Shown: piece after piece, positions 16,318 through 16,366 of the stretch
Numbering within the stretch: the first letter of the stretch is position 1
Layout of the letters: every line of letters begins with the position of its first letter
Source: an archaeon
GTDB lineage: Archaea > Iainarchaeota > Iainarchaeia > Iainarchaeales > JAAZKV01
Assembly (NCBI GenBank): GCA_036170245.1
Contig: JAVHOV010000026.1
Location: 1-16,366, forward strand
Length of the DNA stretch: 16,366 bases
Direction of reading: 5' to 3'
The notes under the pieces: model-generated
Seen by the model: the letters and a program-made list of their open reading frames with translations, nothing else
Database searches by the model: none
What the model was told of the DNA's origin: nothing
Program-made: the position numbers and the translations under genes

Positions 16318-16366
16318 AGCAACCTTGAGCTATTAGTTTTGCAGGACTAAACACATCGCCCGAAGG
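16318..16366 (-). rRNA. rrl: 3' end of 23S rRNA (gene continues beyond the window)
   Basis: Minus strand CCTTCGGGCGATGTGTTTAGTCCTGCAAAACTAATAGCTCAAGG resembles the archaeal 23S terminal pattern (UUCG hairpin, GTT(T/C)AG...ACTAA...). Only about 49 nt are visible and the exact end is approximate. Confidence 0.75.

Overview
AT-rich archaeal chromosome segment, most consistent with a DPANN-type lineage (archaeal RNase P RNA and 23S rRNA motifs, TATA boxes roughly 22-33 nt upstream of start codons). Positions 1-11190 are a cell-surface glycosylation cluster: two convergent paralogous polytopic GT-C/YfhO-like membrane proteins, one GT4, two GT2s, a Wzx-like flippase and two SDR nucleotide-sugar enzymes. 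The cluster decays at its right edge, with a frameshifted UDP-glucuronate 4-epimerase-like gene and a 5'-truncated rmlA fragment. Next is a Bro-N family gene split by an 87-bp twin-hairpin insertion with a TTA duplication; the two loops resemble the gene's own flanks in permuted order. After that come a membrane-anchored surface protein, an RNase P RNA gene (minus strand) whose 3' end is duplicated around a second twin-hairpin spacer, a hypothetical protein, a degenerate stand-alone AlbA_2/Schlafen domain, a convergent PIN + RHH pair with a palindromic operator, and the 3' end of 23S rRNA with a hairpin-dense trailer. All calls come from reading motifs by eye; no searches were run.
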